Shown here: in pieces, positions 12,354 to 25,483 of the stretch
Position numbering within the stretch: position 1 is the first letter of the stretch
How the letters are laid out: each line of letters opens with the position of its first letter
Assembly (NCBI RefSeq): GCF_018977255.1
Contig: NW_024704742.1
Span: 27,468,001 to 27,532,000 of the forward strand
Length of the DNA: 64,000 nucleotides
Source of the DNA: Callorhinchus milii
Lineage: Eukaryota
Reading direction: 5' to 3'
Translations under genes and position numbers: made by a program
Notes under the pieces: model-generated
What the model saw: the letters and a program-made list of their open reading frames with translations, nothing else
What the model was told of the DNA's origin: nothing
Databases searched by the model: none

Positions 12354-12789
12354 AGCAAATTTTTTGGGGGTTGATTTAATCCTTATTTTAATTGCTTTCA
12401 ATTTCTCCATATTGAATGTGGAATACAATATGGTTGAGTAACTGAGGAGAGCTGTTGAAAGAGATAGATTGAAGTAGGTCAATCTCAGGAATATGTGAAA
12501 ATATATTATTGTCAAGATGTATTTATTGATGAGCCCAGAAAGCTGTTATATTGTTCAGGCCAGATTGATGAGCAGGATTCAAGGTATTAATGGAAAGCCT
12601 ACACCAAAGGAATAAAGTCATTTTCAGATAAGTCATCAACATGAATTTGAAAAAAAAGCAACCATTTGATGAGAACAGCAGTTCCTATTAAAAAAGCCAA
12701 AAACGTAGCCTCTTTAAATACTGCTAGAACTGATGGCTGCCCAAGAGACAGTGCAGAGCAGAGCAATGAGGCTCAACCTGAATGTTGGA

Positions 12790-12900
12790 GAAATGAGCTG
12801 TATAAGCTAGGGCTCTTCAGCCTTGAAAGATGTTTCAGAGGGATCTTATAGAGGTATATAAGATGCTTTATGGGATCAAAAAAGTAAACCTAGCACTTAA
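12790..12900 (+). mobile_element. CR1-type LINE fragment
   Basis: Translates to LYKLGLFSLERCFRG, followed by the DLIEVYK motif of the CR1 ORF2 C-terminus. Confidence 0.75.
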
Positions 12901-12954
12901 TAACTATGAATGGGGAGTACTGAAAATGGAGAGTTCGAGGGGTTTAGCAAAAGC

Positions 12955-13600
12955 TCACCAGAAAAAGAATATTTTAGGAGGATTTTGACTGTAGGTACAA
13001 ACAAAGTGAGCCAAAAAAGGTTTTAGTAGCGATCCAGAGGACACAGGGTTGGCAATGGTGGGACAGAAGGTGTGAGGATTGAGGGAGTGAGGAACATATA
13101 ACAGTTCAGCATAGCAACAGTAAGGAGCTGAAGTGAGGGCATACGTAGGCAGAGTTGGAAAATGGTAGTTTTTGCAATGGACCCGATTGGAGTTTGAAGG
13201 ACAACCGAGGGTCAAGCAGAATGCCAAGATTGTACACTAGCTGATTTAGCCTGAGTGAGCAGGCAGGGAGGGTGGTAGAATTACAATGAAAAGCAAAAAA
13301 GCACTGGTGAGCGAGACTGGACAAGATAGTTTCAGTTTTGTTAACATTTTAGTTGAAGGAAGTTGAGGCTGATCCAAAAGTTGATGTCTGACACAATCAG
13401 TCCAAAGTGGTAAACATTCAGAACTCAATGAGAGGTCATTCATGTCAAAGACTGCTAAGAAGCTAGGGAGAATGAGGGATAATGAACCCTGGCTGCACAT
13501 TGATGGAATGAGGCAAGACTGGCATGAATAAGATGATGATATCAAAAGAGCCTTCTATATGCCAACAGATCTTGTGATCTGGCAAACAGAAATATGGTAT
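12955..13600 (-). mobile_element. L2-type LINE RT fragment, old
   Basis: The minus frame contains NLGILLDPRLSFK and other degraded L2 ORF2 motifs. Confidence 0.75.
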
Positions 13601-14589
13601 TGTTGTGTTACGAGAGTCTAGTTTTAAAGAAAAACTCAATATGGATAAAGGATGGGAAGGTATGTCAGTGTAGCATAAACCTCTTTAATTAGAAGATGTT
13701 CTTAAATTCTCCAAAATGCTCCCTCTGCGTAGAGGGCGATAGATAAAAGCAAGTCAATGTTGTTCTGTTTTTTTCAAGAAATTTAAATGTGAGTGCATTG
13801 GAATACCCCCACAAAAAAAAGATTGAGGAAAAATAAACAAATGGCTTGAAGAAGCTCACAGTGATTATTAATTGCTCCTATTTCTTATGCATTCAGTATT
13901 CTGGTAGAGGTAGCTGTGCAGTTTGCAACCGGGCAATTGGTGTTCAAATACATATTGAGCCAATATCAGAATCAATTAAAGTCTATCTGTTTTATCCTGA
14001 ATTGGCGCTGAGGATTTTTGGTATTTCAGCTGCCCTACGAGGGGCCTGGGTGGCCAACACCATGTGTAGGTGAAAACCATAAGGAAGATGGAATTGGGAT
14101 TGGGAAAGGTTTTCTCAGACCTCTGGACTTTTCTTCCCACCTACGCATCTTTGAGATTTTTAAAAGGGAGATGGAATTGCCCCTCAGGAAGTAATGTGCT
14201 AAGATATATATATGTATATAATCTATATATAGAAATATATATATGTAGAAAAAAAACATTCAAACCCATGTTCAACTGGATATTTTAGCTTTTAACATTA
14301 AAGCTTATTTTAGTGCGTAAAAAAAATTGGTGCTGAAAAAAGCTTTGCATCAAATGTACTGTGTCGAATAAATTAGCCGGAGGGAGACAAATGGACGCAG
14401 AATGAGTCCGGAGGATGGGCCTGATGTGGTCTAAGAGAAATGTTTTGTTCCCTGTTGAACTTTATGGTGCTTGATCTCAGTGTTGTCTTGTGCTGCATTT
14501 GTTTTTATTCGAAAGGCTCAATGTTCTGTTGGTTGAATTTTGCTCTTTCTATCTCTCGCTCTCTCTCACTCCTGCCGACAGTTAAACTT

Positions 14590-14800
14590 AATCCCTCTCC
14601 CCCCAAAATAATCAAACAATAATAATTTGGTCACTCAATCCACGACTGTTTGTAGGATGCTGCTGTGCCCAATTGACCACCGCATTTCGCCAATAAAATA
14701 TACAGTCAATTCACATTACAGTATATTCTGTGAAGCGCTTTGAGATGTCTCAAAGACGAGATATGGCACTTTGTCAAATGCAAGAATTATTATTATTATA
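14590..14800 (+). mobile_element. SINE family A, 3' half
   Basis: Shared 3' module and (TTA)n tail. Confidence 0.85.
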
Positions 14801-16094
14801 TATTGAAATGAATTGGGGAAGTACAATTGGAGGATAAAGATCTAACAAATCTCAGAGTTGGTTCAATGTTACATACGGCCTAGTTTTTGGTCCTGTATTC
14901 CCAACCATTTTTTATGACTTATTAATTACTACCAAAAGTATCAGGGACAGAGAGCCCAATTGAAAGAGATTATACTTTTTGATTCCGATCTCACAGAATA
15001 TATTCCCGGAATGATTGTTTTCTGATTCTGATTTAGTGCTTCAGATCACTGAAGCACAAACCAGGTAATGTTATCTCTGATTGTGGCCAATAGCCATTTA
15101 ATTTATCCTGAGCTCGAATAGAGGAGATTACAAAGGATGAGGATTCAATACCTAATTAATACCAGATAAATGTCTGCATTATTTTAAATGAAGAAAGACA
15201 GGAATATTTGAAAATAAATAAATGCCTGGCAATAAGTGTCCCAGGTGGTGGTTTCAAAGTGCTGAACATTGTGATTTGGTTGAATTAAACCACGTATGTT
15301 GAGAAAGAAAAAAATCTTCAAAGACAAAACGTTTAAGAAATTAAATTAAGGAGATAAGAGGAAGCTCTGCTCATAATACTGATGTTGTTAGAATGGGGAT
15401 GAATCTCAAGTTTGTTATGAGCAGATAAAAATACGATTTTCCCCTAAAATCAGTTTCATGAACAAGGTAATAAAGTTACAAATTTAAGAATCTTCAAAAC
15501 AGAAATGTCAGCACCAGTGATTAAAAAAAGATTAATAGCAACTTCGACGAAAGCCAATATGGTAAAGAATAGTATGAAAAATTGTGCAGATCAAAAATGT
15601 TCCCCTGCGGGGAGAAAAAAAGACAATTTTCTCAAACATTTAATTCTTCAACCTTTAACTACTTCAAGAAGAATTGTTTAAACTGCTGATCATATTAGAA
15701 AAACGAGAACAAAGCAATCAAATATTAACCGAAAGGAAAATCCTTGTGCGATAATCATTTAATGCATCACCTGTTGAACCAGGTCACTCGGTTACAATGA
15801 CAGCGGTGTTACAAATGAAGAAATAAAATACCATTGATCAATGGAATGTATAGACCAATCTCCCTGAGAAAATGTGAATTGCAAGAATTTAGCATAAATT
15901 TTGCTTGGCAAATTACCTTCAGACCACTGATTTGCTTAGGTGAGAAGGGATTTGTGAGGAGCTCTTGGGACGGTGGGGGTGTTCTTTGGAGGCAATAGCT
16001 GGAACAAATTATCTAAAAAATATCAAAAATATAATTATTTGAAGACTTATTAGACATTGTAATGGTATCACAACTTTTTGGTCACCCTGTAACA

Positions 16095-16277
16095 ATAATA
16101 ATTTGGTCACTCAATCCACGTCTGTTTGTGGGACACTGCTGTGTGCAATTGGGTGCCGTGTTTTGCCCACAAAACACACAGTGACTCCATCTTACAGTGT
16201 GTCCTGTGAAGTGATTTGAGACGTCTCGAAAACGTGATAAGTAGTTAAGGTGCCACATCAAATGCAAGCATTATTAA
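16095..16277 (+). mobile_element. SINE family A, 3' half
   Basis: Shared 3' module and tail. Confidence 0.85.
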
Positions 16278-16961
16278 TATAACTGTATAGATTTAGCCCG
16301 ATACTGACAATTGGATGAAACCATATAGGACAGAACTCAACATTTTTAATTAGTGATTCACTTTCTAAAGCCATTAAATTGGAAAGAGGAATGGGGACCT
16401 GGCCTTGAAATCTCTTCTGTTTTTTTATTGGATGATGATACATTGGCTACAATTATTGGAGCTTCATCTGCTGTTGAGAAATTGCATCTAAATTAGCAAT
16501 TTGTGCAGATAATGCCTTGCTCCTCATAATTCAGCCTTTGAAATCCATTCCTACACTGCCAGATATAATTCGAAACACTGTTTTAATTGTCTGGTCTGCA
16601 ATTTTTTTTCAATGTTGTTTTCCTGTTACCATTTTGCTTATGATTGTAATTTATTTTGCTTGCAATCTAACTTCAGCAAAATTGTTCCATTTGTACTTTC
16701 TGCATTTAGATAAGTACATTCTCAATGCATAATTTAGGCAACAATTCTCCCACAAAATACAAAATAACTCCTCTCTATAGTATTGTATATCCCGTGAACC
16801 ACTTTGAAACAGCCTCCTGGTATAAAATGGGCTATATTAAATGCAAGGATTATTATTATTAGTAACAACCAAAATTAAATTACTGTAATTATTTGGAGTG
16901 GGGGTTGCGGTGGTGCGGTGCTGTACTAAAGAAAGCCAATTCACAGTTTTTCTATATGGAA

Positions 16962-18102
16962 TCACGTCATCCTCCTCCACTGCATTTCCTCCGTCATCCA
17001 CCTCAGTGAGACCGCACTCGCCTGGTTCGAGTCCTACCTCACAAACTGCCAGCAGTACATCTGCACAAATGGCTTTTCCTCCCACTCTCACCCGGTTACC
17101 TGCAGGGCCCCCTCCTCTTTCTGATCTACATGCTCCCTGGTACACTTCCACATGTATGCGGACGACACCCAACTCTATTTTTCCACCTCACATTGCAACC
17201 CCCAGTACCCTGATGTTCTATCAGCTGGTGTGTCAGACATCAGGAGCTGGATGAGCGCGAATTTCCTTCAGCTGAATGTTGACAAGACGGAAGCCATACT
17301 CTTTGGCTCTCGTCAACATTTAAATCACATGGTTCTCACCTCCTCCACCTACCCGACCTCCCACTAATACTCTCCAAACCCGTATGCAACCTAGGCATCA
17401 GGTTCGACCCCCAATTATCCTTCCTCCCCCACATCCGTGCCCTCACCAGCACCGCTTTCTTCCACCTCCGACACATCGCCTGTCTCCGCCAATACCTCAC
17501 TCCAAAAGTTGCTGAAACCCTGGTCCATGCCTTTGTCACCTCTCGGCTGGACTATTCAAATTCCCTCCTCACCGGTCTCCCATCCGCTACCATTGACAAA
17601 ATCCAGATCATCCAAAACTCTGCCGCCTGTATTCTCACCCACTCCAAACTCCACTCCCCGATAACCCCAGTCCTTGTCAGACTGCAATGGCTGCCTGTCC
17701 CAGAGATGATCGACTTCAAGATCCTCACCCTTGTCTTCAAATCCCTCCATTCCTCTGCACCCCCCCTGCCTCTCTGACCTGCTCTCTCCTCACAACAGTG
17801 CCCATTGCCTTTGCTCCACCGGGTCTGGCCTCCTCCTTGTCCCCCGAATCCTCCACTCCACCATCGGCAGCCGTGCCTTCAGCCCCTATGCCCCGAGGCT
17901 CTGGAACTTCCTTCCTCACTCCTTTCACCTCGCCGCCTCTCTTCCTATTTTCAGGTCTCGGCTGAAGACCTTTCTTTTCGACTGAGCCTTTGGTCACCTT
18001 CCTCCCCCTCCCACTGGCTTGCCTCCGGGATCCGTTACTGTGAAGCGATCTGAGATGTCGTCTGGCATGGAGGGCGCTATATAAATCCAAGTTGTTGTTG
18101 TT
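16962..18102 (+). mobile_element. L2-type LINE, 5'-truncated, with frameshifted RT and an intact 3' end
   Basis: Catalytic YADD (MYADDTQLYF) at 17155-17166; WMSANFLQLNVDKTE; RAFSPYAPRLWNFLP...RLKTFLFD; tail ggcgctatataaatccaa(gtt)n. Confidence 0.95.
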
Positions 18103-18299
18103 GGAATCTGTTCCTCTGTGCACAGAGGCAATGGGGATCTGACTGCAAGTGAAATGGTGGGGAAATCCACTCTGTGGGCCTTCAATTGTAATTTTTCGTA
18201 TTTGCCTGCAAATTTGCACTACATTTGATGGCAATTCCCTGTGTAATGTTTTGAAAGGTTTCAAATGTTATTAATCTTATAGGTGTCGCGTCAATACAA

Positions 18300-18575
18300 T
18301 ACACATTTACATTTAGATGATGCCATGAGGATGTCCCAAGATGCTTACTGTGCCCCCGGCGGGGGCTGGAAGCCAAGGGAAGAGGAGAGGGGAAAAGATG
18401 TCTGAAAGGGCAGTCAAAGAGGTATGTCTGGAGACAGACCTTGAACAAAGTGAGTGTCTTGACACAAACTTTGAACGATGTGGGAGAGACTCGAAGGGAC
18501 TCCGAGAGAGAATTCTAGAGAGTGGGAGTAGAAAGGCTGAAAGCCCACCTGCTGATGGTAGGATCAGGACATGAG
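18300..18575 (-). mobile_element. L2-type LINE 3' end
   Basis: The minus frame gives FKVCLQTYLFD followed by the 3' UTR and tail. Confidence 0.8.
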
Positions 18576-19029
18576 ATTTCATGGAATTGTCTTAAACTGA
18601 AATCTGTCTGTAAGATCCTGTAAAATCTTGAGATTTCATTTTTATATTAAAATCTGAATTTTCTGTGCATGGCATTATCGTATTGTAATTGGTGCAAACA
18701 TACATGCAAATCTATGAACCAGGTAATCAACAAAGTGATCAAAATTATGTGACAACTGATAATTGTTCCATACACTGAATAAATAGGAGAATGTAACTTG
18801 TGGCAAACTGCATATGGGTAGAACCTGATATTGCATGCTTGGAAGCCATTGAATGGTTTAATACCTGATTGAAAGCCTGAATTCAAGTGTGAATTGTAGA
18901 TTCACTTTAACAATCCCAATATATTCAGTTAACGGTGGATACATCATATGTTTTGACTCGTTCTGAACCATGCTGTATGTTCTGTATATATATATTGTTC
19001 GGATATCGCGAAAACCCAATTTAAAAATG

Positions 19030-19295
19030 AAATTCACATTTATACAACGTCTTTTACGTTGGAAGGATATCTCAAAGGACTTCACAGTGCTGGATGAGCA
19101 CCCGAGCTGAGGATGGAAACCAAGGGGGTTGGGAAAAGAAAGTTGACCGAAAGCGCAGTCAAAGAGGTTTGTTTTGATACGTACCTTCAAAGAGAGGAGG
19201 AAGGGAGCGAGTTGGAGGTACCTGGGGATGGAATTACAGAGAGCTGTGGAGAATGATTGAATACTTGCACCCGGATAGTAGGGCAGATCGTGTGG
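19030..19295 (-). mobile_element. L2-type LINE 3' end
   Basis: The minus frame gives SFSTALCNSIPRYLQLAPFLLSLKVRIKTNLFD. Confidence 0.85.
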
Positions 19296-21539
19296 GGGAC
19301 AAAATGCAAAATAGAATTGAATGCAACCTGTCACTAGTTGGGAGATAGGGGGCAGAGATTTGGCATAAAAGGATATTCATTTATGTCATTATGTACTTAA
19401 AGAAAATAATTGGTTAATATAATTAGTAAATCCTTTTCATTAAATAATGACATGATTAGGGAAGCTATAATTTGCTCTGAATACAGGCGTTAAAACATTG
19501 GCTCATTATACTCCTGCATTTACCCATGTTTTGCACATGGCCCACAATAGACCCCAATATCTTGGAATGATTGCTGGAACTGGAATTCTATTTAGGAGGA
19601 GCAACTGACGTAATCAGACACAAATGAGGGAGTCAGACAGTTCATAACTGTAATCTGAGTTATTATGAGTAATCTCATTTTTGAATTTGCAGTTATGCAG
19701 CATTACACATTTCAAAGTAGTTTGTTCCATTTGCAATGGTTATTGTTTCTCGAATAGGTGTTGTATCATTGCCTGGACAACTTCCAGGTAATTGATGAGT
19801 GATGACATCTATCCTAAAGGGTTTAACAATTTCTGATGTTCCCCCAACTCATCTACTTTTCCTGTTCCTGTCAAATCCACACTAGCCCATTAAAGTGGAA
19901 AACTGCTGTCAGCTGCCCGCCGATTGGAAGTGATCAAAGACAGATCTCAACCACCACAGAACTGTAACCCTACTGTGTTGAAGCTCAGAAAAAAGGAACA
20001 GTGAATCAAAAGCAGTTCAGAATCTCAGTGGGAACAATTTTCTATCTACAGGTAATTTGATATCCGAACAGAAATTGGTCAACTTAATGATGTATTTAAT
20101 CTGGTCACAAAATGGAGTAATTCAGTGGACCATGCAGTTACTGCAGGAACTTTTAAATTCTGGAGACTTTGCTGTAGTATTATGCCTCACCTTCATTGAG
20201 AAGTTGGCCTCTTTTTATATACTGTAATACTGTGAAGAGCATTAGGCCCTATTCTATTTTTTCTCATTTTTATTCTATTTTTTGCCTTCATCAGTGATCT
20301 GATGAGTGTCCTTAATGTATGTTTATACTCCAATGCAGAACTCTGAACTTCACATCAGAAAAACGAGTAGCAACCAAGGTCTGACTAGGTGGAACTTCCG
20401 GGGGCTAAGATTCCTGCAGACACTCATACAACAAATTGGGCATGAGATTGATTAGTAGTGTGTTTGTTATCTATGGTTCTGAGAAAACCAGTGACAAACT
20501 GTTGCCAAGGCTTTCACAGACTTTCTCTTTTCTGTAAAACTCAGTGCCAGATAGGGGGTGGGGTGGGGGAGTTAATTTACAAGAGTCACAGATTGATTTA
20601 TAACTAGTGAATATTGCACACCAACTGATATGTTGTAGACTGACTTGCTGGAACTCTGTCCCTATTCAGTTTCATGGCCTGTCTTCTAGATCATAGCCAA
20701 ATGAGGCTCCTGCCATTCCGACCATTCTCCTTATGTGCAGGATTTGCTTGTTTCAAATCTTTATGTGACTCATTCAAATTAGATGCCAGTGTCATTGCCT
20801 GGAACGCTGTGTCAGTTAGGCTGAGGTTTGCTGACAATTTTGCTCTTTGTAATTCTTGTTTTACTTTCCCTATCCCAGTCTGTCTGTGCTCCACTGGCAA
20901 GAGTCTATAGTGAAATGCGTCAGGTTGGCACTCTGATAAGTTGCAGTTGTCTATGGCTATATCCTTTCTGTTGCACATGGGGGGAAAAAATCAATCCACG
21001 TTTACTGTGTGATAAGAGTTGAGTTGTGATGATTGAATAAGGGAAATTTTAACGGAAGCGTACTCTGTATTTAAACCTGTCCTGTAACACGTGCAGTTTT
21101 AGATTGCTTAATAATAAAGCAATATAAAGTTGCTATAAAGAGTGCTGATATGAAACCTGCTATATTTTTTGTTCAGATGAAAAGGAAACCTTCACTAATT
21201 ACATTTTAATGCTTACACATCATTGCATACATCCATCTTAAAAAATCTGATAAAAACTGGGAGAAAGATTTTTATTGTGCATCTCAGAGTCTTCATATTG
21301 TGTTTGAACATTTTGACCATGGCCTGTTTTATGCTATTATGAATTGCTGCTGCTGCTTTCTGATGTCAAGCATCTACCAGTTAGCAATATCCATGCACAT
21401 CTTAAAAAGATTTATACATTGAGAGGCTGTAATGATGCTTGAACACAATCTGCTTAGCAGAATCAACCTCCTCAAAACCTACCAACCTCCAAAGTCTATC
21501 TCAAGACCTATCTATTGGGCTATCATCTTAGACTGAGTT

Positions 21540-21615
21540 CCAACTCCCACTATGAGGCTTGAACCCACAACCTCCTGACTCGGAGATGAGAGTGCTACCA
21601 ACTGAGCCAGCCTAA
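21540..21615 (-). mobile_element. Deu-SINE tRNA-like head only
   Basis: Reverse complement ggctggctcagtggtagcactctcatctccgagtcaggaggttgtgggttcaagcc carries A and B boxes. Confidence 0.75.
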
Positions 21616-22086
21616 CGCACATGTTTCTATGTTGAGAAGGAAAAAGAAAGTAGTGTTTCACAGATTTGTTCTGAATTTACCCCCCTTTAATCGCAGGCAG
21701 TATCCTCTGTTTCTACTGTTCTGCAACTGTAATTCGACAATGATGCATACAGTTCCAAATACCCGATGTCTTGTACTATCTATCCAGAAACCCTGGTTTA
21801 TAACGCTTTAGTGCACCCAGTTTTAACACTGCATGGGAGCATATTAACACAAATAGGTAATCGATTGAATGTGTCATGTCAGGATGATGAACAGGAGACA
21901 AACCTATACAGGTAATGTGTGCATTGCAGATTTACCTGAGCGTAAATCAGAACACAAGCAATTTTTAATTGCTGAACCAGATTGCATTCAACGGGTGTAC
22001 AAGCACTCAGGAGTCCTGGAAAATCCATCTGTGATTTTCTATTGCTGTTCCATCGTGTCAGAAAAAACAAAGTCACTGTCACTTAC

Positions 22087-22146
22087 CTTATACATCAGTT
22101 ATGGCAGATTAGCTGAGACCTGCAATGTCACCTGCTAGAGCCTCAC
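22087..22146 (-). other. Candidate 60-nt non-coding exon
   Basis: Acceptor tatctttccatctcttgcag| and donor AAG|gtaagt; stop codons in all three frames. Confidence 0.3.
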
Positions 22147-22764
22147 CTGCAAGAGATGGAAAGATACTTGAAGCGTAAGACTACCTGTCACCTTTATTGG
22201 TACTAGAATGTCTGTCTTAGGTCAAGAATTGTATCTTTAGACAACTGAAATCTCTGGAGACTTCAGTTGTTTGTCAGACCAATACACAAGTACAATCTCT
22301 TCAACTGCTTTCTAATCCTGCTTCTGTATGCCATCAGAGGAAAACTATACCACTCAAAAATGAAACATTTATTTTTGTTTGTAATTTAAATCGTGTTATA
22401 TCCATGAACTCGGCAATAAATTTGCTAAGTTAATGGGTGGGTCAAAATCAATCTGATTTTTATGCTGTACACCTGCAGCTTTGCAGCTTTGTGATATATA
22501 TTGGCCCTGCATAATACCTGGTTCTATCAGGATTTATTAGTGACAATTAGAACACAAAATTGGTGTGGGAAATTGCATACAGTCTGCAGACTTACTAGTT
22601 ATATCCCTAATTGATGTGTTCATTAGACAAAAGGAAAGCTGCGCCTGGTGGCTTAGTCCACACATATTAAACGGATGGAAATACCAAGTTGAACTGTTGA
22701 CAAGTACATTAGGAAAAAAAAGCCATTAGCATTATGCATTAGTGAGTTACTGGCGAGTCCCAAA

Positions 22765-23020
22765 CTAGAGAACAGACATAAGATCTAATCGTGAATTTAG
22801 GAGGAACTTCTTTATGCAGAGGGTGGTGCGAATATGGAACTCCTGGAAACTGCTGGAAGCTGTGGTTGAAGCAAACAAACATCAAAGTATTTAAGAGGAA
22901 ACTTGATGCATACATGAGGGAGAAGGGAATAGAGCAATATATGTGAGCAATGAGGCCTCGGGTGGAATATAAACACTGACATGGACCTGTTTCCGTGCAG
23001 TATTACTCTGTATAGCTATG
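22765..23020 (+). mobile_element. CR1-type LINE 3' end
   Basis: aggaggaacttctttatgcagagggtggtgcgaatatggaactc (RRNFFMQRVVRIWNS), then FKRKLD and the 3' UTR. Confidence 0.85.
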
Positions 23021-23469
23021 TAAATATGTAAATAGAACCATTGTGCATCATTGCAATATTGAAAAGCTCAGGTGTAAGAATTCCTTTGTGCAACACTTCA
23101 AAGTAAATTATTTTATACTAATTGTAATTTACATGGAGGAAGAGATAGACCATTATCGACAAAAGAAAAATAATGCAAACAGTTTAACGAATAGTGTTTA
23201 CATATTTGATTCTTCTTTAATTCTGTGTTTATAATTCTCATTGTGTGGTAAAACCCCCATGATTTTGGCAGTGAATTGGAATCTATTCAATTTGCCTTAC
23301 TGCCTTCTAAATGTTATTTCTAGGTAATATCTCTGAATAAATTACGCCATTAAGATTATATAGAATACTGAGAAACCAGTATATTTTCAATCAATCTAAC
23401 AGTTATTTCTATGGAAAATTACACCGATGAATTATTTTCTTCAGTTCTATCTTTTCTTGGATTCGTACA

Positions 23470-23700
23470 TTTAGAGCACAGCAACAGCCTATCTGCCTAA
23501 CAAACCCGTGCTGGTATTTCTCTATGTGAGAGACCTAATCCCACTCTCCTGCTTGCTCCTCACACCCTTTAATATTCCTCTTTTTCATTCATCTATCTAA
23601 TTATCTTTTAGAAGATAATTCATGGACTCTGCTTCAACTATGGTACGTGGGAGAGAATTCCACATTCCAATCATCCTGTTTTCTGATCCTTTCCACTATT
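23470..23700 (-). mobile_element. CR1-type LINE 3' end
   Basis: Reverse complement of the same CR1 3' region (ctctgcttcaacta...agagaattccacattc). Confidence 0.7.
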
Positions 23701-24399
23701 TTTTTTCTCATTATCTTAAATCTGTGCCTGCTTATTCCCTCGTGTATTTTTCGTCTGTGTCTCAGTTAGATTCCAGTCCTGTTGATGAACTATTACCCAG
23801 GATTGCTTCTCCTCCCTGTCGGGTTAAGATGTCACTTGTCACAGTTCCCATATATTTATTTCTGACTGAATTGCAAATAACAGACTTCAACTATTATTAG
23901 TTGAAATCCCCAGAGACAGGACTCTAAACAAAGATTACTTTTTCGTTGTTATAGCAAAACTTAGCTTGATTTTTCAATCCATAGGCATCAAAACTGTTTC
24001 CAGTATTCTGTCAATCACTCCTCTTCAGCTGACACCAACTCCATCTGGTGATCGATGTATAAGGCAACATGATTGTAAACAGCTCCAGTGATGATAGTCT
24101 CAAAAGCTAAAGTTATTCTACCTATCGATCTATAAATAACCAAAGAAGTGCAATATTTGATTCAAAATAGAAGGTTTGTTTTAACCTGGTGAGATCGGAG
24201 ATGATGGGCATATGAAGTTAAGGTTGCGAAAAGCTGAACTGTGGAAGAACTGCAGCTTGCACATATTACAACAGGGAAGCCTTGCTTGGGAGGCATTGGG
24301 GCATCAGCAGGAGTGAGTATGGGATAGGGACAGAGTTTGACAATGTGGCAAAGATGAAGAGGATCTTAATGTTAAATGTTATGAAGTCAGTTGCAGAAT

Positions 24400-24646
24400 A
24401 TTAGTCTGTTCCTTCGGGGATCTGCCTTCGCTTTCCTCCTTGAAGGCTGGTCTCAAGACCTTTTTCTTCAACCGTGCCTTCAGCTCCCCTCTGGACTCTC
24501 TACCCCCTCCTCGCTCCCTCCCTTCCCTCCCCTCACTCTGACCATTTCCCCCCGGCTCGGGTCCCGACCCAACTGTCCAGCGCCTTGGGACGTCCTCCCA
24601 ACGTGAAAGGTGCACTATAAATGCAATCTTGTTGTTGTTGTTGTTG
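24400..24646 (+). mobile_element. L2-type LINE 3' end
   Basis: ctcaagacctttttcttcaaccgtgccttc...cagcgccttgggacgtcctcccaacgtgaaaggtgc...(ttg)n. Confidence 0.9.
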
Positions 24647-25317
24647 TCTTTATGTTTGTGATCTATACCAAAAGTCAAGCATGAAGTAAGAAAAGACAGC
24701 ATTAAAGGGACTTCACTGCAGAGAGGGTAGCTTGAATGTCTGCACTGTGAACGGCCACCTTATTTTCATACATGCCTTCTTATTCCTCAAGACCATAAAG
24801 CTTTGGTTTCTGAAGCAATGTATTTGAAAGGATTTTTGTTGCTGGAAATGCAAACCGTTATGTACCAGCCTCAATGCTTAACATCTTCTGATTCTCCTCC
24901 CCTTCTGAGAATGTATTCACTACGGGATAACCTTGTAGGAAGCTTTTCAGAGAACTCCCCTATTACATTTCAGTAGTCGGGAGATAAATAGAGAACCGTT
25001 ATTGATTATTTCAGGGAATCTTCTTGGTGTTCAGTCAATGAGTATATTTTATAGTCGTTGAGGCTCTTTGATGCCACATTCATGTGCAGGGACCTCTCAG
25101 ATCATTTTCTAAAAAAAGATAACTAAACATTATTCCTGGAATTCTTTTATAATTGGTCTCAGCATTCAGCTACGTTATAGAGACACGATTGTTAAGGTGT
25201 TTTCTTTTAGATTGTAATTTAGCCATTCAAGCAGTTTCCCTTGGGTGGGAGTGTGTGGGGGAGGGTGGAAACATTAATTCCAGGTAAGCAGGTTAAATCA
25301 TTTTTAAAGAGAATTTT

Positions 25318-25483
25318 AGCCTGAAATTACATCTAGTTTTAGCTAAATACAGCGTGAATTGTGAAACTGATTGCTTTTTAAGAAGTGTGGAGAAAAAGCT
25401 TCCAAATTAAGAACAATTTTTAAGAATTTTTCAAAGTTCTGTCTTAACTTTTAAAACTAAGATGAGAGGTAATTTCAACCCCT
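25318..25483. mobile_element. Palindromic MITE-like element related to 51059-51296
   Basis: Ends gcctgaaattacatct ... agaggtaatttcaacc; the internal gcttccaaattaagaacaatttttaagaatt matches the reverse complement of 51135-51167. Confidence 0.6.

Noticed and set aside
20191..20229. Minus-strand 39-nt in-frame exon (LQYIKRGQLLNE)
   Set aside because: Splice sites are only moderate and the acceptor resembles a decayed SINE tail (tactgtgaagagc).
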